The notes below the pieces were generated by a model that worked only from the letters and a program-made list of their open reading frames with translations, was not told where the DNA came from and searched no databases. From Octopus vulgaris (Eukaryota): a DNA stretch of 64,000 nt. Numbering within the stretch: position 1 is the stretch's first letter; each line of letters starts with the position of its first letter. Of this stretch, positions 14,125 to 27,244 are shown in pieces. The position numbers were made by a program, and so were the translations under genes. The DNA is taken from NCBI GenBank assembly GCA_951406725.2, contig OX597824.1, positions 4,216,001 through 4,280,000 of the forward strand, given 5' to 3'.

Positions 14125-14150
14125 GGTGGTGGTGGTGGTGGTGGTGGTAG
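13798..14150. repeat. (GGT)n/(AGT)n compound microsatellites
   Basis: Seen directly; source of the poly-Val ORFs. Confidence 0.97.
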
Positions 14151-15050
14151 TAGACAGGAATCGTGAAATTGTGATGTTGATAGTAATTGTGATGATAGTA
14201 CAGGCTATGGTATGCTGGTGGTGGTGGTTAATTTCAACAGTTCTGATTACAATGATGGTAATGATGCTAATCTACTGGATGTGAATGGTAGTGGTAGAGG
14301 TTGTGTATGCCGGTGGTGTGGGAGTGGAATGGTTTGGAACGGAACGAAGGAAAGAAAATCATGCAATTTCTGTAACAATTAGTTTTAGAAATTTCTTTGG
14401 AGTGATTAGCTGGAAATCATAGCTTCCAGTTAGCAAATTTAGTGGAAACAATATTCTAGTGAACAGATCTGAAGGGCCTGGCCTGAAGATCTATTAAAAG
14501 AACCATTTGGAAGAACTACAGTCTATTTTGGAGATACAGCTCAAGGTTGCAGTCTGTTTCCTCAGCAGGTTTCTTCTTATTTATTTTTCATTTATTATGT
14601 GTGTGTGCATGTGTAAATAGCTTGTGTGTGTGTGTGTGTGGCAAAGTCTGTACGTGATGTGTGTGTAATGAATACGAGTGGTGTAAAGCAATTTGCTTTA
14701 GAACGTGTGAGTGTGACTCTAAAAATGGTTTCCTCCCTACTTCAGATTTTTTCTTCACTTTACAAGTGCATATGCGTTGATTTAAGAGATGTTTTCTGCA
14801 TATCGGTGCACGTGTGCGTGTGTGTGTGCAACTATGAAAGGTAATTTTATTTTCATCTATACAATTGATATGTGTGTGTGTGTGTGTGTATACAGAGCTG
14901 TATATGCAAAGAGTAACCAAGGCATACTATGTACCATGTAGTACTCCCTCCATGAACATGTGGAACTGCTACATCTTTACATTTATAAAGTAAAAATTCA
15001 TAAAAATTTGAACAAATAAATCTTTGAAGCATCAACCTTTTCAATTCTCA

Positions 15051-15092
<42 letters not shown>

Positions 15093-15858
15093 GTGTGTGT
15101 GTGTTTCATCATCACAATCATCTTCATCATCACCACCACTGGTTTTATGTCAGCTTTTCCAATGGTGGCATGGGTTAGATGAGGCATTCTGAGGCAGTGT
15201 TCCACACTTGGATGCCCATCTTGATGCCGCTACTTATTTGTTTCCCAAAACAAGATCTTTCTTCTCGAATAGGAACCTAATGCCAATCCTTATCTCTTTG
15301 CCAAATAAGATATCATTTCACACCTCAGCACATCAAACTGCAGTCTGACATTTTGTTTAGGGAAAACATAAGCCTATCACCCCTGCTGAAACAGAATCAT
15401 TGCAAAGACATGCGGAGATACATACACACACAGATATATAGACATGTGTGTGTGTGTGCATCAGCATCATCATCATCATCATCTTTATCGTTTTAACATC
15501 TACTTTTCCATGCCGGCATGTATCAGATGAGTGTATGTTGAAGCAGGGATTTTTTACTGCTGCATACTCTTCCTGTTACTAATCTCGGCTTGTCTTGTAG
15601 TGGGTTAATAATCTCCCAGTCTATCAAAAAACTAACAGCCTGGACATGTTTTATGTAGGGAACTGGAAAGAAACAACACTGTTTAAGGAACCCTTTATAT
15701 ACAAAGTTTCGTGCAACATATGAAGAGATGTGAAGAAGTCTGGACATCCAGATATCCTTTTGCGATGCTATGCAAGTCAATGACGCTGACAGGAAGCCAT
15801 TGTCTGCAAACTAGCAAGCATGGTGGAAACACACAAATACACACACACATGCAGGCAT

Positions 15859-15896
<38 letters not shown>

Positions 15897-16867
15897 ATGT
15901 AGGGATTTTTCAGTTTCTGTCCACCAAATCCACTTATAAGGCTTTGGGGTTGTATGAACCTGGGGTTGCTGTAGAAAGTGCCATACTATGGGACTGAAAA
16001 CAAAACCAAGTGATTGGGAAACAAACTTCTCCATTGCACAACAAAAAAGGCTTCCATGAAGATTCTGTTTACCAAATTTCACTTTCAAGACAGATCTCTC
16101 ATTTATCAAATTTTATTTTGCAAATGAGAAAAAAAAAAGAACTCAATACATGCTGAAGAAGTTTCCTTTGCAACCACATGGTCCTTTGCTTGGTGCCACT
16201 GTGTGGTGTCTTGGGTAAGTGAAGAGTTTTCTAGCAGAACCTTGTGTTGACCAATGCCTAATGAGTGAAATTGGTAGCCAGGAACTCTGCCCAAACGTGT
16301 TGTATGTGTGATATGCAAAGCAGCAGTGATCTAAAGTGAACAAACTGTAGATGAATTCAAATATGTCTCAAACCTGTAAAGAGGCCTTTTCACTGTGCTT
16401 TGCCATGGGGAAAGATTTCTGCTTTAGGCAGGACATGTTAAAACCACAAAAGTCAGTTCAGAGTATCCCCTATGGACAGGTAAATGCATTTCAGGCTTTT
16501 GGACTCCTTTCATTACTAACCAAGGCAACTCTAAACTGATTGGAATACAATGAATGAATGAATATGTGAATGCATGTATGTATGTATGTATGTACGCATG
16601 ATTGTGTGTGTGTGTGTGTGTGCATGTGTTTTAGTAACCATTCTACATAAGTATATATACCAACATTATTTACACTTTTGGTGAGAAATCCTTTGTAAGG
16701 ATGGCCAAAAATATTATTTAGAGAATGTCTAGTTGTTGTTGTTGTTGTACATGGTGCTTTGGACACATCGACCATATTATTTGATTGCAGTGTCAGCAAT
16801 ACATGAGTAGAGAGTGTATGGAGGTGAGAGAGAGAGAGATGATACATCTTCTGAAATATTATTATTA

Positions 16868-16899
<32 letters not shown>

Positions 16900-16904
16900 G
16901 TAAA

Positions 16905-17123
16905 GCACTGAGCTGGCAGAAACATTAGCACACTGGACGAAATGCTCAGTGGTACTTCACCTGTCGTTACGTTCTGAGTCCAAATTCCGTCGAGGTCGAC
17001 TTTGCCTTTCATCCTTTCAGGGACAATAAATTAAGTACTAGTCAAGTACTGGGGTCGATGTGATCGATTGTCCCCACCTCCCCGCAAAACTCCAGGCCTT
17101 GTGCCTATAGCAGAAAGGATTAC

Positions 17124-17125
<2 letters not shown>
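16905..17125 (+). mobile_element. SINE family A
   Basis: Near full-length copy 'gagctggcagaaacattagcac...gagtccaaattccgtcgaggtcgactttgcctttcatcc...' with a (TAT)n tail. Confidence 0.85.
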
Positions 17126-17164
<39 letters not shown>

Positions 17165-17169
<5 letters not shown>

Positions 17170-17370
17170 TAGTTTTATTTTTATCACATGCTTTCACTGC
17201 AATACCAACCACAGCTCTGTGTGCCTTGGCTATGTGCTGTGGTTTGTTGTGAGGCTCTTATTTTCACTGGATTGAAAGTATTTTACATAGGATGTGTGTG
17301 GTGCCTAGTAGTGTTGTTTTCTGTATGTTATATTTACTCGTTAGTCCTGGTATTTTTGTTATGTATTTGC
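17165..17370 (-). mobile_element. 5'-truncated RLE-type (R4/Dong-like) LINE 3' end
   Basis: Minus translation GKYITKIPGLTSKYNIQKTTLLGTTHILCKILSIQ* matches the typical C-terminal 'LQKxxLLGTAxILRKxL' motif; embedded in (TAA)n. Confidence 0.7.
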
Positions 17371-17390
17371 CTTATTATTATTACTATTAC

Positions 17391-17435
<45 letters not shown>

Positions 17436-17438
17436 TAC

Positions 17439-17483
<45 letters not shown>

Positions 17484-17801
17484 CATCATTATTACTCTAT
17501 GTTATTAGTAGAAATTATGGAAACCAAGATAACAGCCATTTTTGTATTGTTACAGATTTGCATTTGGTTTAATCCATTGGTGTTCATAAAGATTTTCAGA
17601 GTTAAAGTTTCCACTTGATTGTTTGAAAAAAGTCTTAACGAATCTCAAGACATAAATTATATTAATCTAATAAATATCTGCAACAAGGCCAAAATAGCTG
17701 TTGTCTTTGATTTTGGCATTTCTATTAATGACATTCTCCCATCGTTTACTATTTATATACTTGTTTAAACAGTATATGCATGCACATGTGCACACATGCA
17801 T

Positions 17802-17838
<37 letters not shown>

Positions 17839-17961
17839 ATTAGGTGAGCAGTTTACAAAGTTAACCATCCAATGAAGAATATACCAGGGTCTTCTTCCTG
17901 AAGTACTCAATACTTTATTTTGTTACTGTAAACATTGTTATAAATAAACACAGGAATAAAG

Positions 17962-18002
<41 letters not shown>

Positions 18003-18157
18003 GGGAGAATTCAGAAAAAAACAAAAGATGAAGACAGGTGGTGTAGAAAACAAGCAGATGTATTAGTATAACGCTCGGGAATTGAAAAAGATCTTTAATG
18101 TTTCGAGCCTACGCTCTTCCACAGAAAGGAACACAAAAAGAAACAAGGAGAGAGAGG
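18003..18157 (-). mobile_element. second copy of family H2, with hammerhead-like motif at 18093-18128
   Basis: Minus strand reads CUUU CUGUGGA A GAGC guag GCUC GAAA CAU U AAAG; starts at a (TA)n tract. Confidence 0.6.
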
Positions 18158-18397
18158 CACCTAGTTAGGTTGGAATAAAATGCATACAACAACAATCTTT
18201 ATATTAATCCCAAGCTTGGTACAGAAGTTCTGGCAGAAAGATATCTGAGTATTGTATGCAGTTAATTGGACCCAACTGAGAATATAATCTCGTCTTCAGC
18301 TATTCAGACATGGACATTTTATTGAATATACAGTCCATAATATACTTCGGAATACGTGGGGGGGGGGTCTAATAGCAGTGAATTAAAAATAAATAAC

Positions 18398-18777
18398 AAT
18401 TGATAGACAGGTGGCAATCCATTACAGTCGTTTCAAACGATTTTTTTTAATTGATAAGTGAGTATATTACATCTTTATAAAAAAAAAAACAACCTTTTCT
18501 TCAGATGAATAGAAGGATTTTATAATCAAGGTCATTTAAAAATAACTTTAAATAATCTAAAATCCATGGCACATACATATTTAGTGATTCTGCAGCAAGA
18601 GCCAGTCGTGGAATCTCTAAATATGTGCCGTAGATTTTAGATTATTTTAAATGTTTTTGATTGTAAAATTTATGTATTCATCTGAAGAAAATGTTTTTTT
18701 TATAATGATGTAGTATACTCATTGATCAATAAAAAAATTCGTTAGAAATGGCCTCAATGGATTGACACCTTCAATTT
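18398..18777. mobile_element. ~380-bp imperfect palindrome (foldback MITE-like)
   Basis: Arms pair along their length: ggcaatccatt/aatggattgac, gagtatattacatc/gatgtagtatactc, ttttcttcagatgaata/tattcatctgaagaaaa and aaataatctaaaatc/gattttagattattt. Confidence 0.85.
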
Positions 18778-18808
18778 ATACTTCAATTTATATATATATA
18801 TATATATA

Positions 18809-20690
18809 CTAGCTGAATGACTTGGTGGTGCTTGGATTACTGTTGTTCTTATTCAGATTAGTAAACAATAAATATAAAGATATATTCTCATAATTATTTC
18901 AAAACATCTATATTTTATCAAACGATATCCAAGTTGTAAACACAACAGAATTTAGAACTGAAAATCTAAGGGTAAACAATGCATCTCAGGGTAAACAATG
19001 TTCATTGGGTAATTTTTTGTTAGTGTTGAAATGAATAAATTGTTGCTGCTTCCAACTCACAAGCAAGCAACATAGAGTTGGCCATGGGAGAAGCATGGAG
19101 TAGAGAGATCAAGTCCAACTACCTTCAGGGAATGACCCTGGGATTTGTTAATTGAAATAACAAAACTTAGTTTGATTGGAAAATGAAATGGTATGAGAGG
19201 AATTTTTGGAATAAAGACATTTTTTCCTTTGTGACTACCTGTTATGATTGTTGCCTCTAGGACATGTGGCTTCATGGAAATAACAATTACACAGGTGAGA
19301 TGGGTCAAGATTCTTAAGCAACGTAATGGGAGCACCCAGTTTTATTGTCAAGTTATGAGGTGGCATCCCAGTGGATTTAAGTGGGTTCAGAAATCCAACA
19401 GGGTATTGAACAACCTGATTTTGATCAACTGTTGTCAATTGATTGAAAAGTCATTTCTGATGTATTTGTTAACTTTTGAAGAAGTTTATGATTGAGTTTA
19501 TCAACCATTTCATTAGTTGGAGCTAATAAAAGCTCTTTCACATAATTAGGAAACACTTTAGCCATAAGATCCGTAAGAGAAAGTATCGTTTAACCGCATG
19601 TAATTTCATGGAGCTGAAGTCTTGAGTTGAATGTTAATATCCCGTTACCAATCTTAAGAACCTCGTACAATCATCTTGTAGAAGTACTCCGATGTTGCTT
19701 GTAAGATGAAGTCTTTTCACATGTCTCTAAATGTACGATTTTTTTTTTAAGCTTTTGATCCTTGGGGACAACTGGCAACGTCTGATGAAAATCCCCTGGA
19801 AGAAGAACTGTTACTCCTCCCATGAGCATGCTATTGTTCTTTTATGTCTCAGAGGATACGGTCAAGTACCTCTGGTGCTCCACGATGCACTCATCCCAAA
19901 CAATGAGACAAGCTTGTTGGAGGAACTGTTGCCATTGCAGAGTTTTGGGAAATGATGCACGTATGAGATTCATTCATTGCAAGGTTTAGAGGGAGCTTGA
20001 ACATGGAATGAGCAGTTCTTCCCCCAGTTGAGGAGGGTAGCTGCAATACCAGAAGATGCAACACTGGAAGAAGGTTAGATTTTATTTCCACCCGTTTAAG
20101 ATTGCAGGTGAAAGTGACAAAAAGATCTGCTTTTCCATTTGTCCTGGCAAATGTCATAGCATCTTGTGTTTGTTCATGCATATATCAAGGACCACCTGTG
20201 AATGATGATGGGAAGATTATAAGTTGCCCCACGTTTTGAATATCACTAACTGTCCTCAGAGCATCTTGGAGGTGAGCATAATTTTTAGCCCTTAACTATT
20301 ATTTGATTGTGGTGAATGTAGAGGAGATGCTGACTCTCACCTTCAGCATAGACATCAACCAGGTATTGCTGAAATAGATCACAATACAGGTGTAATTGAT
20401 TTGATTGTTCTGGTCTTAACATCAATTGGTAAGAATAGAAGGCATTCGATAACCCCTTTTTTTGTCTGTAATTGACTCTCCTGTTGCAGGTTCAATCTGT
20501 GGAATATTGAAATAATACCCATCTTGCCCATTCCACAGAATAAGAGGAAACTGCAGAGCATCATAGGAGGGATGAGTCTCTGAAACATGCTTAAGGCAAT
20601 AATGAGAATGTCACGATTTTCGTGGGGATCACCTACCATAACGAAGGCTACTTCATTAGATGTGAGCTCACTAAAACTGCACAAAATGTC
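18809..20690 (-). mobile_element. internally deleted, frameshifted Helitron (RepHel pseudogene)
   Basis: Rep motif MHEQTQDAMTFARTNGKADLFVTFTCN. PIF1-helicase motifs GGRTAHSMFKLPLNL, YPVGFLN...GMPPHNLTIKLGAPITLLKNLDP..LCN and INKSQGHSLKVVGLDLSTPCFSHGQLYVAC. 3' CTAG|T at 18809-18812 with a decayed subterminal hairpin. Confidence 0.93.
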
Positions 20691-20788
20691 CTTTACTATG
20701 GTTTACTATAAATGTAATGAATGCGGAAACACACACACACTCACAGACACACAGACACTCATGGAATTGATAATATTGAAAACAGTAA

Positions 20789-21010
20789 AGCTGGCAGAAA
20801 CGTTAGCACGCCGGGCGAAATGCTTAGCGGTATTTCGTCTGTCGTTATTTTCTGAGTTCAAATTCCGCCGAGGTCGACTTTGCCTTTCATCCTTTCGGGG
20901 TAGATAAATAAAGTATCAGTTTCGCACTGGGGTCGATGTAATCGACTTAATTCCTTTGACTGTCCTTGTTTGTCCCCTCTATGTTTAGCCCCTTGTGGGT
21001 AGTAAAGAAA
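20789..21010 (+). mobile_element. SINE family A (young copy, CpGs retained)
   Basis: 'gctggcagaaacgttagcacgccgggcgaaatgcttagcggtatttcg...ggtcgactttgcctttcatcctttcgggg'. Confidence 0.9.
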
Positions 21011-21095
21011 AAAAAATAAATATTGAAAACAGCAAACTGTACACACACAAAGTTCAAGTGAAATGAAATGTAGTCAGTATAGGTGCAAAACATAC

Positions 21096-21114
21096 TTTCT
21101 GTGGCATAGTTATG
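21096..21114 (-). CDS. candidate 19-nt micro-exon HNYATE(N)
   Basis: ttgtttttatag| acceptor and AAA|gtatgt donor; phase 0-1 links exons 23641-23698 and 8190-8292. Confidence 0.3.
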
Positions 21115-23640
21115 CTATAAAAACAATTTTTTAGGGAATATTTCCAAAAGAAATATTCCAGCATTGGAAAGTCACCAAATTAGCAAAAATTACTATGCGT
21201 CACTAATGTAACAAAGTACAGAAAGTCAACATTTATTTGGAACATGTACTAAACATTACAAAATTCAGGATTGAATGTTGCAGTGAAGAAAATCAAGCTC
21301 CAAAAACATTCAGACGGCATAATTCAATTTTTCATATAAAAGTAATTTATTATTTTACAATTTTTAAACAAACGCTGATCAAAGTGTGTACAAAGGAATA
21401 TGTTGCTGTTGTGAATGTTAATTAATTTAAAACATTTGGTGAAGGATGTATGTAGTAAGACATAAATTAATTTCACATCACTATATGTTTTAACTGTGTA
21501 AGGTTATATTCTGTGTAATAAATACAGAGTAATGCATGGTGTTGAATACTAACACTGTTAAAGCAGCATAGCAGGAACATGATAGAGATGCTAGGGCTGT
21601 TAAAAAAGCATTATCTTCAAACTGGTTATAAGGACTGGAATAACATTTCTGTAATTATATATTGAAAGAGCTGCTGAGGTTTTCTACTTCACCAAGTTTC
21701 CAAATTTGTTATAATAACCAGAATAACATTTTTTTCAGGTATATTTGTGAGTGTTGTGAGTGCTGTCAGATCAGCCAAACCTTTATGTTGGTTATAAAAA
21801 CCAGAATAATATTTCAGCACATAAGTAGTGGTAATTGTTAATACTGTTTAAACCGCAACTCTCCATAATGAAAAGGAAAACCCAAACAGTGGTACTTCAA
21901 AGTGAACGTCCAGGTTACAACTAAACTAAACTCATTCAAAATCAGTGTGTTTCACCTTTGGGTGGTACAGTCACATACAGACAGACATTCACACACATCT
22001 CAGGCCTACCTCTGTCCCTGTGTGTGTGTCTGTCTGTCTTTAGATGTGTGTATGTCAGTCGTCACAAAAATGCATGTATGCTGAGAGACACAAACAGCCT
22101 CACATACACACACACATATACTTGTCAGTCACTGGCCAAATATATGTAACAAATGTGAGCGCACACACACACACACACACACCGACAGACACATACACAC
22201 TCATATAAAAATGTGATGTGGTGGTGGTGGTGGTGGTATAAAATGTCATTTACGATAGGTGATTTATAGAAAGATTATAATGTTAAATTTTTGTAATGCA
22301 AATATGTAAATGAAAATAAAGTTTATTTGGTAGCTGAAAGATTACTGAATCTTTTGATATGTCATACGTCAAAATCAGCAACTCAGTTTTCAAATCCATA
22401 AGGAACACATGCACACACACATAAACTCTCTTTTGCATATTAAGATAAATATATACATACACACACATACACACACAAACTTATGTACGTGTATGTATAT
22501 GTAGACATATATACATACACTTATAGACATTCATAGGGACATACATATACACATACACTGATGCATGCATGCTCACGAGTGTGTGAGTGTGTGTGTACTG
22601 TAACACACAGTGTTGGAGAAGCCAACTTCTGCTAGAATGGCAAAGCAAATATTAAAAGAGTGGAATGGAAGGGTACTGAAACAGTATGGTTTCTGATTTA
22701 TGTACAAGGCCAAGAGTTTTGAGGGGAAGGAGTCAGTCAATACCATCAACCCCAATAGTTGACTGGTATTTTATTTTAGTGACTCCTGGAGGACAAAAGG
22801 TAAAGCTGACCTTGGCAAGATTTGAACTGAGAATGAAAAAAGTCAAACAAAAACTGCAAAGTTTTTTTTTGTTCCCTCCCCCAATGCCCTAAAAATTATG
22901 GCAGCTTGCTGCTTATAATTTATATACACACTTGGATGTTGTGTTCCTTATGCCCCAATTGATTCTCCACCTACTCCCCTCCTCCTCCTACTTTTCATTA
23001 CCCTCTCCCCATCATTTACTCTACTAATTACTGCACAGAGCTGACTCTATAAAGTTGAATGGCATCGATACATTCATATTTATTCCCTCATCACAAAAAT
23101 CTTTTACCATTCCATCTTTCTTTCAACAAGATGCTTCTGTAATGTAGAATAGCATCAGATCTGTCTAAATTCAATACTCATTACCATTATCATTCTTTAC
23201 TGCTAACCATCACTTTCATTCATTCGCCCACCCACCCTCACTACGTCACTCCCTATTGGCATCCCTTAGTCTCTCTTACTGCTGTTCATTTCTGTTATCA
23301 TCCTTCGCTAGCCTTCTCTCTTATCATCATCCATCTATATTGTTATTCTTCAATTCTTTACTCTCTCTCTCTTTTCTTCTCCTTCTCTTCTGTCCCTCAC
23401 TTTCCCCACCATTGTTTGTTATCCCCAGCTCCACCATTCCATGCATGCAATTTTTCTATTCAGTCTCTTTAACAACAACCATCATGTAGCTGCCCATTAC
23501 GGTTTCTCTTCCACAGCTCCCTCTCATTCATCTCTCTCCCATCACTCTGCTTCTTCCAACATATTCATACTCTCTTCTTTCACCTTCTTGCATTGGATCC
23601 TTCTGTCACTACATAAGATGTGGAGGACTTTATGGCTTAC

Positions 23641-23698
23641 TGCGTACAAGGAAATCCCTCCAGTACTGGTTTCACAATAAAAATTCACAGAGTATTCT
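23641..23698 (-). CDS. candidate 58-nt exon (R)EYSVNFYCETSTGGISLYA
   Basis: Strong donor GCA|gtaagc, long pyrimidine tract and open frame, but the acceptor is a rare GAG. Confidence 0.3.
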
Positions 23699-24068
23699 CT
23701 CCAAAGTTGTTGGAAAATGAATAGGAAAAATGTTGAAAGGGAATGTTGAATATGAAAACAGGAAAATGAAGAGGAAAAATGTCGGATTGAGAAGATCCTT
23801 CAGATTTTCAACAATGTTATAACCATTCCAATGCAGCACCTTGACAATATGCATGCAATACACTCAGTAATGTATTTGGTGTTAGAAAGAACATCCAACA
23901 GCAAAAACTAAGCCAACAATGGAATGAACAAGTGAGACATGTTCTGTTGGCCCATCCATGAGTGCAATAACTCTAGATAAGGAATGTCTCAGACTCTAAT
24001 GATCAGTTCAAACCACATCAACATGGAAAGCAGAGGCAAAGTGATGATAACAATGATACAGAGATGAG

Positions 24069-24129
<61 letters not shown>

Positions 24130-24206
24130 TATATGTATATATGTGTGTGCATGTGTGCATATATATTGTGAGAGTAATATAGCAAGATATATTTTATTCA
24201 TGTCTT

Positions 24207-24237
<31 letters not shown>

Positions 24238-24267
24238 ATATGTTGAATAGGAAAATAGGAAAATGAA

Positions 24268-24635
24268 TAGCTGTGTGATAAGAAGCTTGCTTCCCAACCA
24301 CATGGTTCCAGGTTCAGTCCCACTGTGTGCCACCTTGGGCAAGTGTCTACTACTATAACCTCAAGCCAACCAAAGCCTTGTGAGTAGATTTGGTTGGTGG
24401 AAACTGAAAGAAGCCCATCGTATATATGTATGTATATATATTTCTGCATATGTCTTTGTCTCTGTGTTTGTTCCCCACCACCACCACTGCTTGACAACTG
24501 GTGGTGGTGTGTTTATGTCCCTGTAACCTAGCAGTTTGACAAAAGCAACTGATAAAATAAATAGCAGGCTTTAAAAAAATAAGCCCTGAGGTTGATACAT
24601 TCAACTACTAAAAGTTCCTTGAGTTGGTGCTCCAA
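24268..24635 (+). mobile_element. SINE family B
   Basis: Matches the family head and body. Confidence 0.85.
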
Positions 24636-26737
24636 CAATATATTCCATTATATTCCAATATATTCCATTAATTAGAAATAAGCACCTGAAATCCAGAACC
24701 AGCAACTGCAATACTTCCAATCTATAATCAAGGTTATTCAGCAAATCTTATTCCACTTCAGTCCATCCTTTCATAGCCTTCACTTTATTTTACTGTGTTT
24801 GCACCCCAAATCAATATATGGTGCTGTTTAGACCCCCAGTAAATCCTAATTGTACAGAATGCTTAAAGACATTCCAGCTATGACTATCCCGTCTTCTACC
24901 TAAGGCATTGTGTATCTAGGACAACATTATCCAATGTATCCTTCTTGCTTTTAACATGATAGGGTATGGTTTCAGAGAGGTTTGGCAAGTATTTCTACAA
25001 GGTGACCGAGTCAGAGCATTTATTATGTTTATCATCTCATCTAAAAAGAATTGGCTTATGCAGAACTTATTCCACTGACTGGATTAAGTTTAGGGGCATG
25101 TGAACTTGTAAACTGTTTCAAATTGGATGGGTTTCTTTGAATCACTTCATTGACTTTTGCTTAAAATTGATATCCTATTCGGAAGAGTTAGTTATCATAC
25201 AAGCTTTCCAGCCTTGTATGATTATCACTTATTCACTTAATACTGAGAGGACTTGAAGTAGTGGCTCATTAAGTCATCATTGAATAAATTAATGGGTTCT
25301 TTTTAAAAACATTTCAATGAATAGATACTGTGTTCAATATGACAAAAGTTTAAAACCTGCTGTAAATTGTGTTAAATTCCACTGAGGTTGACTTTGCTTT
25401 TCATCTTTTCAGGGTTGATAAAATGGATACCATTAATGTACTGGGGCTGATGTAATCAACTCCCTTTACCTCAAAAACCACTGACCATGTGCCTATATTT
25501 GAAACCATTATCTCCGGGGTTGATAACATAGAGTTTTACTGAAGTCATAGGGTCAGTATAACCAACTTTTCCTCACTTCAAAGTTTTATGATCCTGAGCC
25601 AAAGTCTCTCCCTAGTTCATCTCTTTACCTTTCTTCCTTATGGGGTTGATATACAAAGTACTGGGGTCACTATAATCAACTAAGCTCTTCTAAAATACAT
25701 TACCTTGTGCCTATGATATTCCCACCATGGGACAGATCATCAGTCATTTCCATTATTTTTTTATTCAGGCAAAATACATCTAGGACTGTTTTATTCAATG
25801 TTTCAAGATGACAGTGTGTGGGTTGGGGGAAATTTGGTTGCTGTTTTTAGCAGGTCAAACAATCATGCAGAGGCCCTCATTGGTTTGTGTAGTGTTTGAT
25901 TAGAGGAGATTTGGTTAAGGAGAAATAACAAAAAATGTCCAATTGGATGTCAAGTGGAACCGAGTGGGAGATAAAAGATAAAGCGAAAAATATTGTAGTT
26001 AGGTGGAGTTCACTTCAATTGACTTTATTCCTCCCCAACAAATGTGTGGCTTTAATCCAATGAGAAATATTGCCGCTGCCACCACCACCACCACCACCAC
26101 TATCATTGATAATATCAGGATGATGTGACAAGAGAACTGGTAGAGTGCCAGACTTAATGCCTTGCAGTATACAGCAATATCCTTTAACATTCCGGTCTCC
26201 CATTAGAGTAACCTTTATCTTTTATCTCTCTGGTGTCAATAAAACAGTACCAATAATGGGTTTGATTCATATTGTCTGATGTTTGGTGCTTGTCTCAAGG
26301 GTATTATCAGCATAAATGAAGTGAAATTGCTTTAACCATGAATCAAGACTGGATTTTGTTCCCAAAACTACAGGAACTTGCTATTATTCTACAGTACTCA
26401 CCGTAGAACATTGATGATTTTTGTCCATTGACACAAGGGTGGGAAGAGGAAGAGTTAACTGAACTGACCACTAAAACCATGACCTGTACCAATTTTGTCA
26501 ATCTTATATCACCTCTATTAATAATGATAAAATTTATTTCTAATTAAGGCACAAGGGGGAGGGGTTAATCAATACCATTGACTACTCTACTTGACTGGTA
26601 ATCAATTTTACTAACTCAAGAGGGATGAAAAATGAAGTTGACCTCAGCAGGACTTGAACTCAGACTCTAGAGAGCTGAAAGCAATACAGCAAAACATTTT
26701 GTTTGATACTGTAATGATTCTGCCAATCCAACACCAC

Positions 26738-26935
26738 CATCATCATCATCATCATCATCATCGTCGTTTAACATCCACTTTCCATGCTGGCATGGGTTGG
26801 ACGGTTTGACTGAGGACTGGCAAGCCGGGAGTCTGCACCAGGCTCCAATCTGATCTGGCAATGTTTCTACAGCTGGGTGCCCTTCCTAATGCCAACCACT
26901 CCAAGAGTGTAGTGAGTGCTTTTTATGTACCACCA
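26738..26935 (-). mobile_element. SINE family C
   Basis: (CAT)n followed by the reverse-complement family body. Confidence 0.85.
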
Positions 26936-27244
26936 ACACCCTAATAATATAATAATAATAATAATAATAAAAATAATAATAATCACTTTTTCACATAGGC
27001 ACAAGGCCTGAAATTTAGGGGAGGGGTAGTTGATACCATCAACCCCACTTCATAACAGGGTCTTTATTTCATCACCTACCTTTTGAGGAGATGAAAGATA
27101 AAGTAGATCTTGGCTGAATTTGAACTCAGAATGTAAAGGGATGCAACTAAATGTGTCAAGATATTTTATCCAACACAGCAACAATAACAACAAAAACAAT
27201 AGCAACAACAGTAATAAAACTTTGAATACTTTTTTGTTAACCAT

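Noticed and set aside
16351-16479. Open frame ending in CAG|gtaaat
   Set aside because: No pyrimidine tract at the acceptor, no partner exons and no homology recognised.
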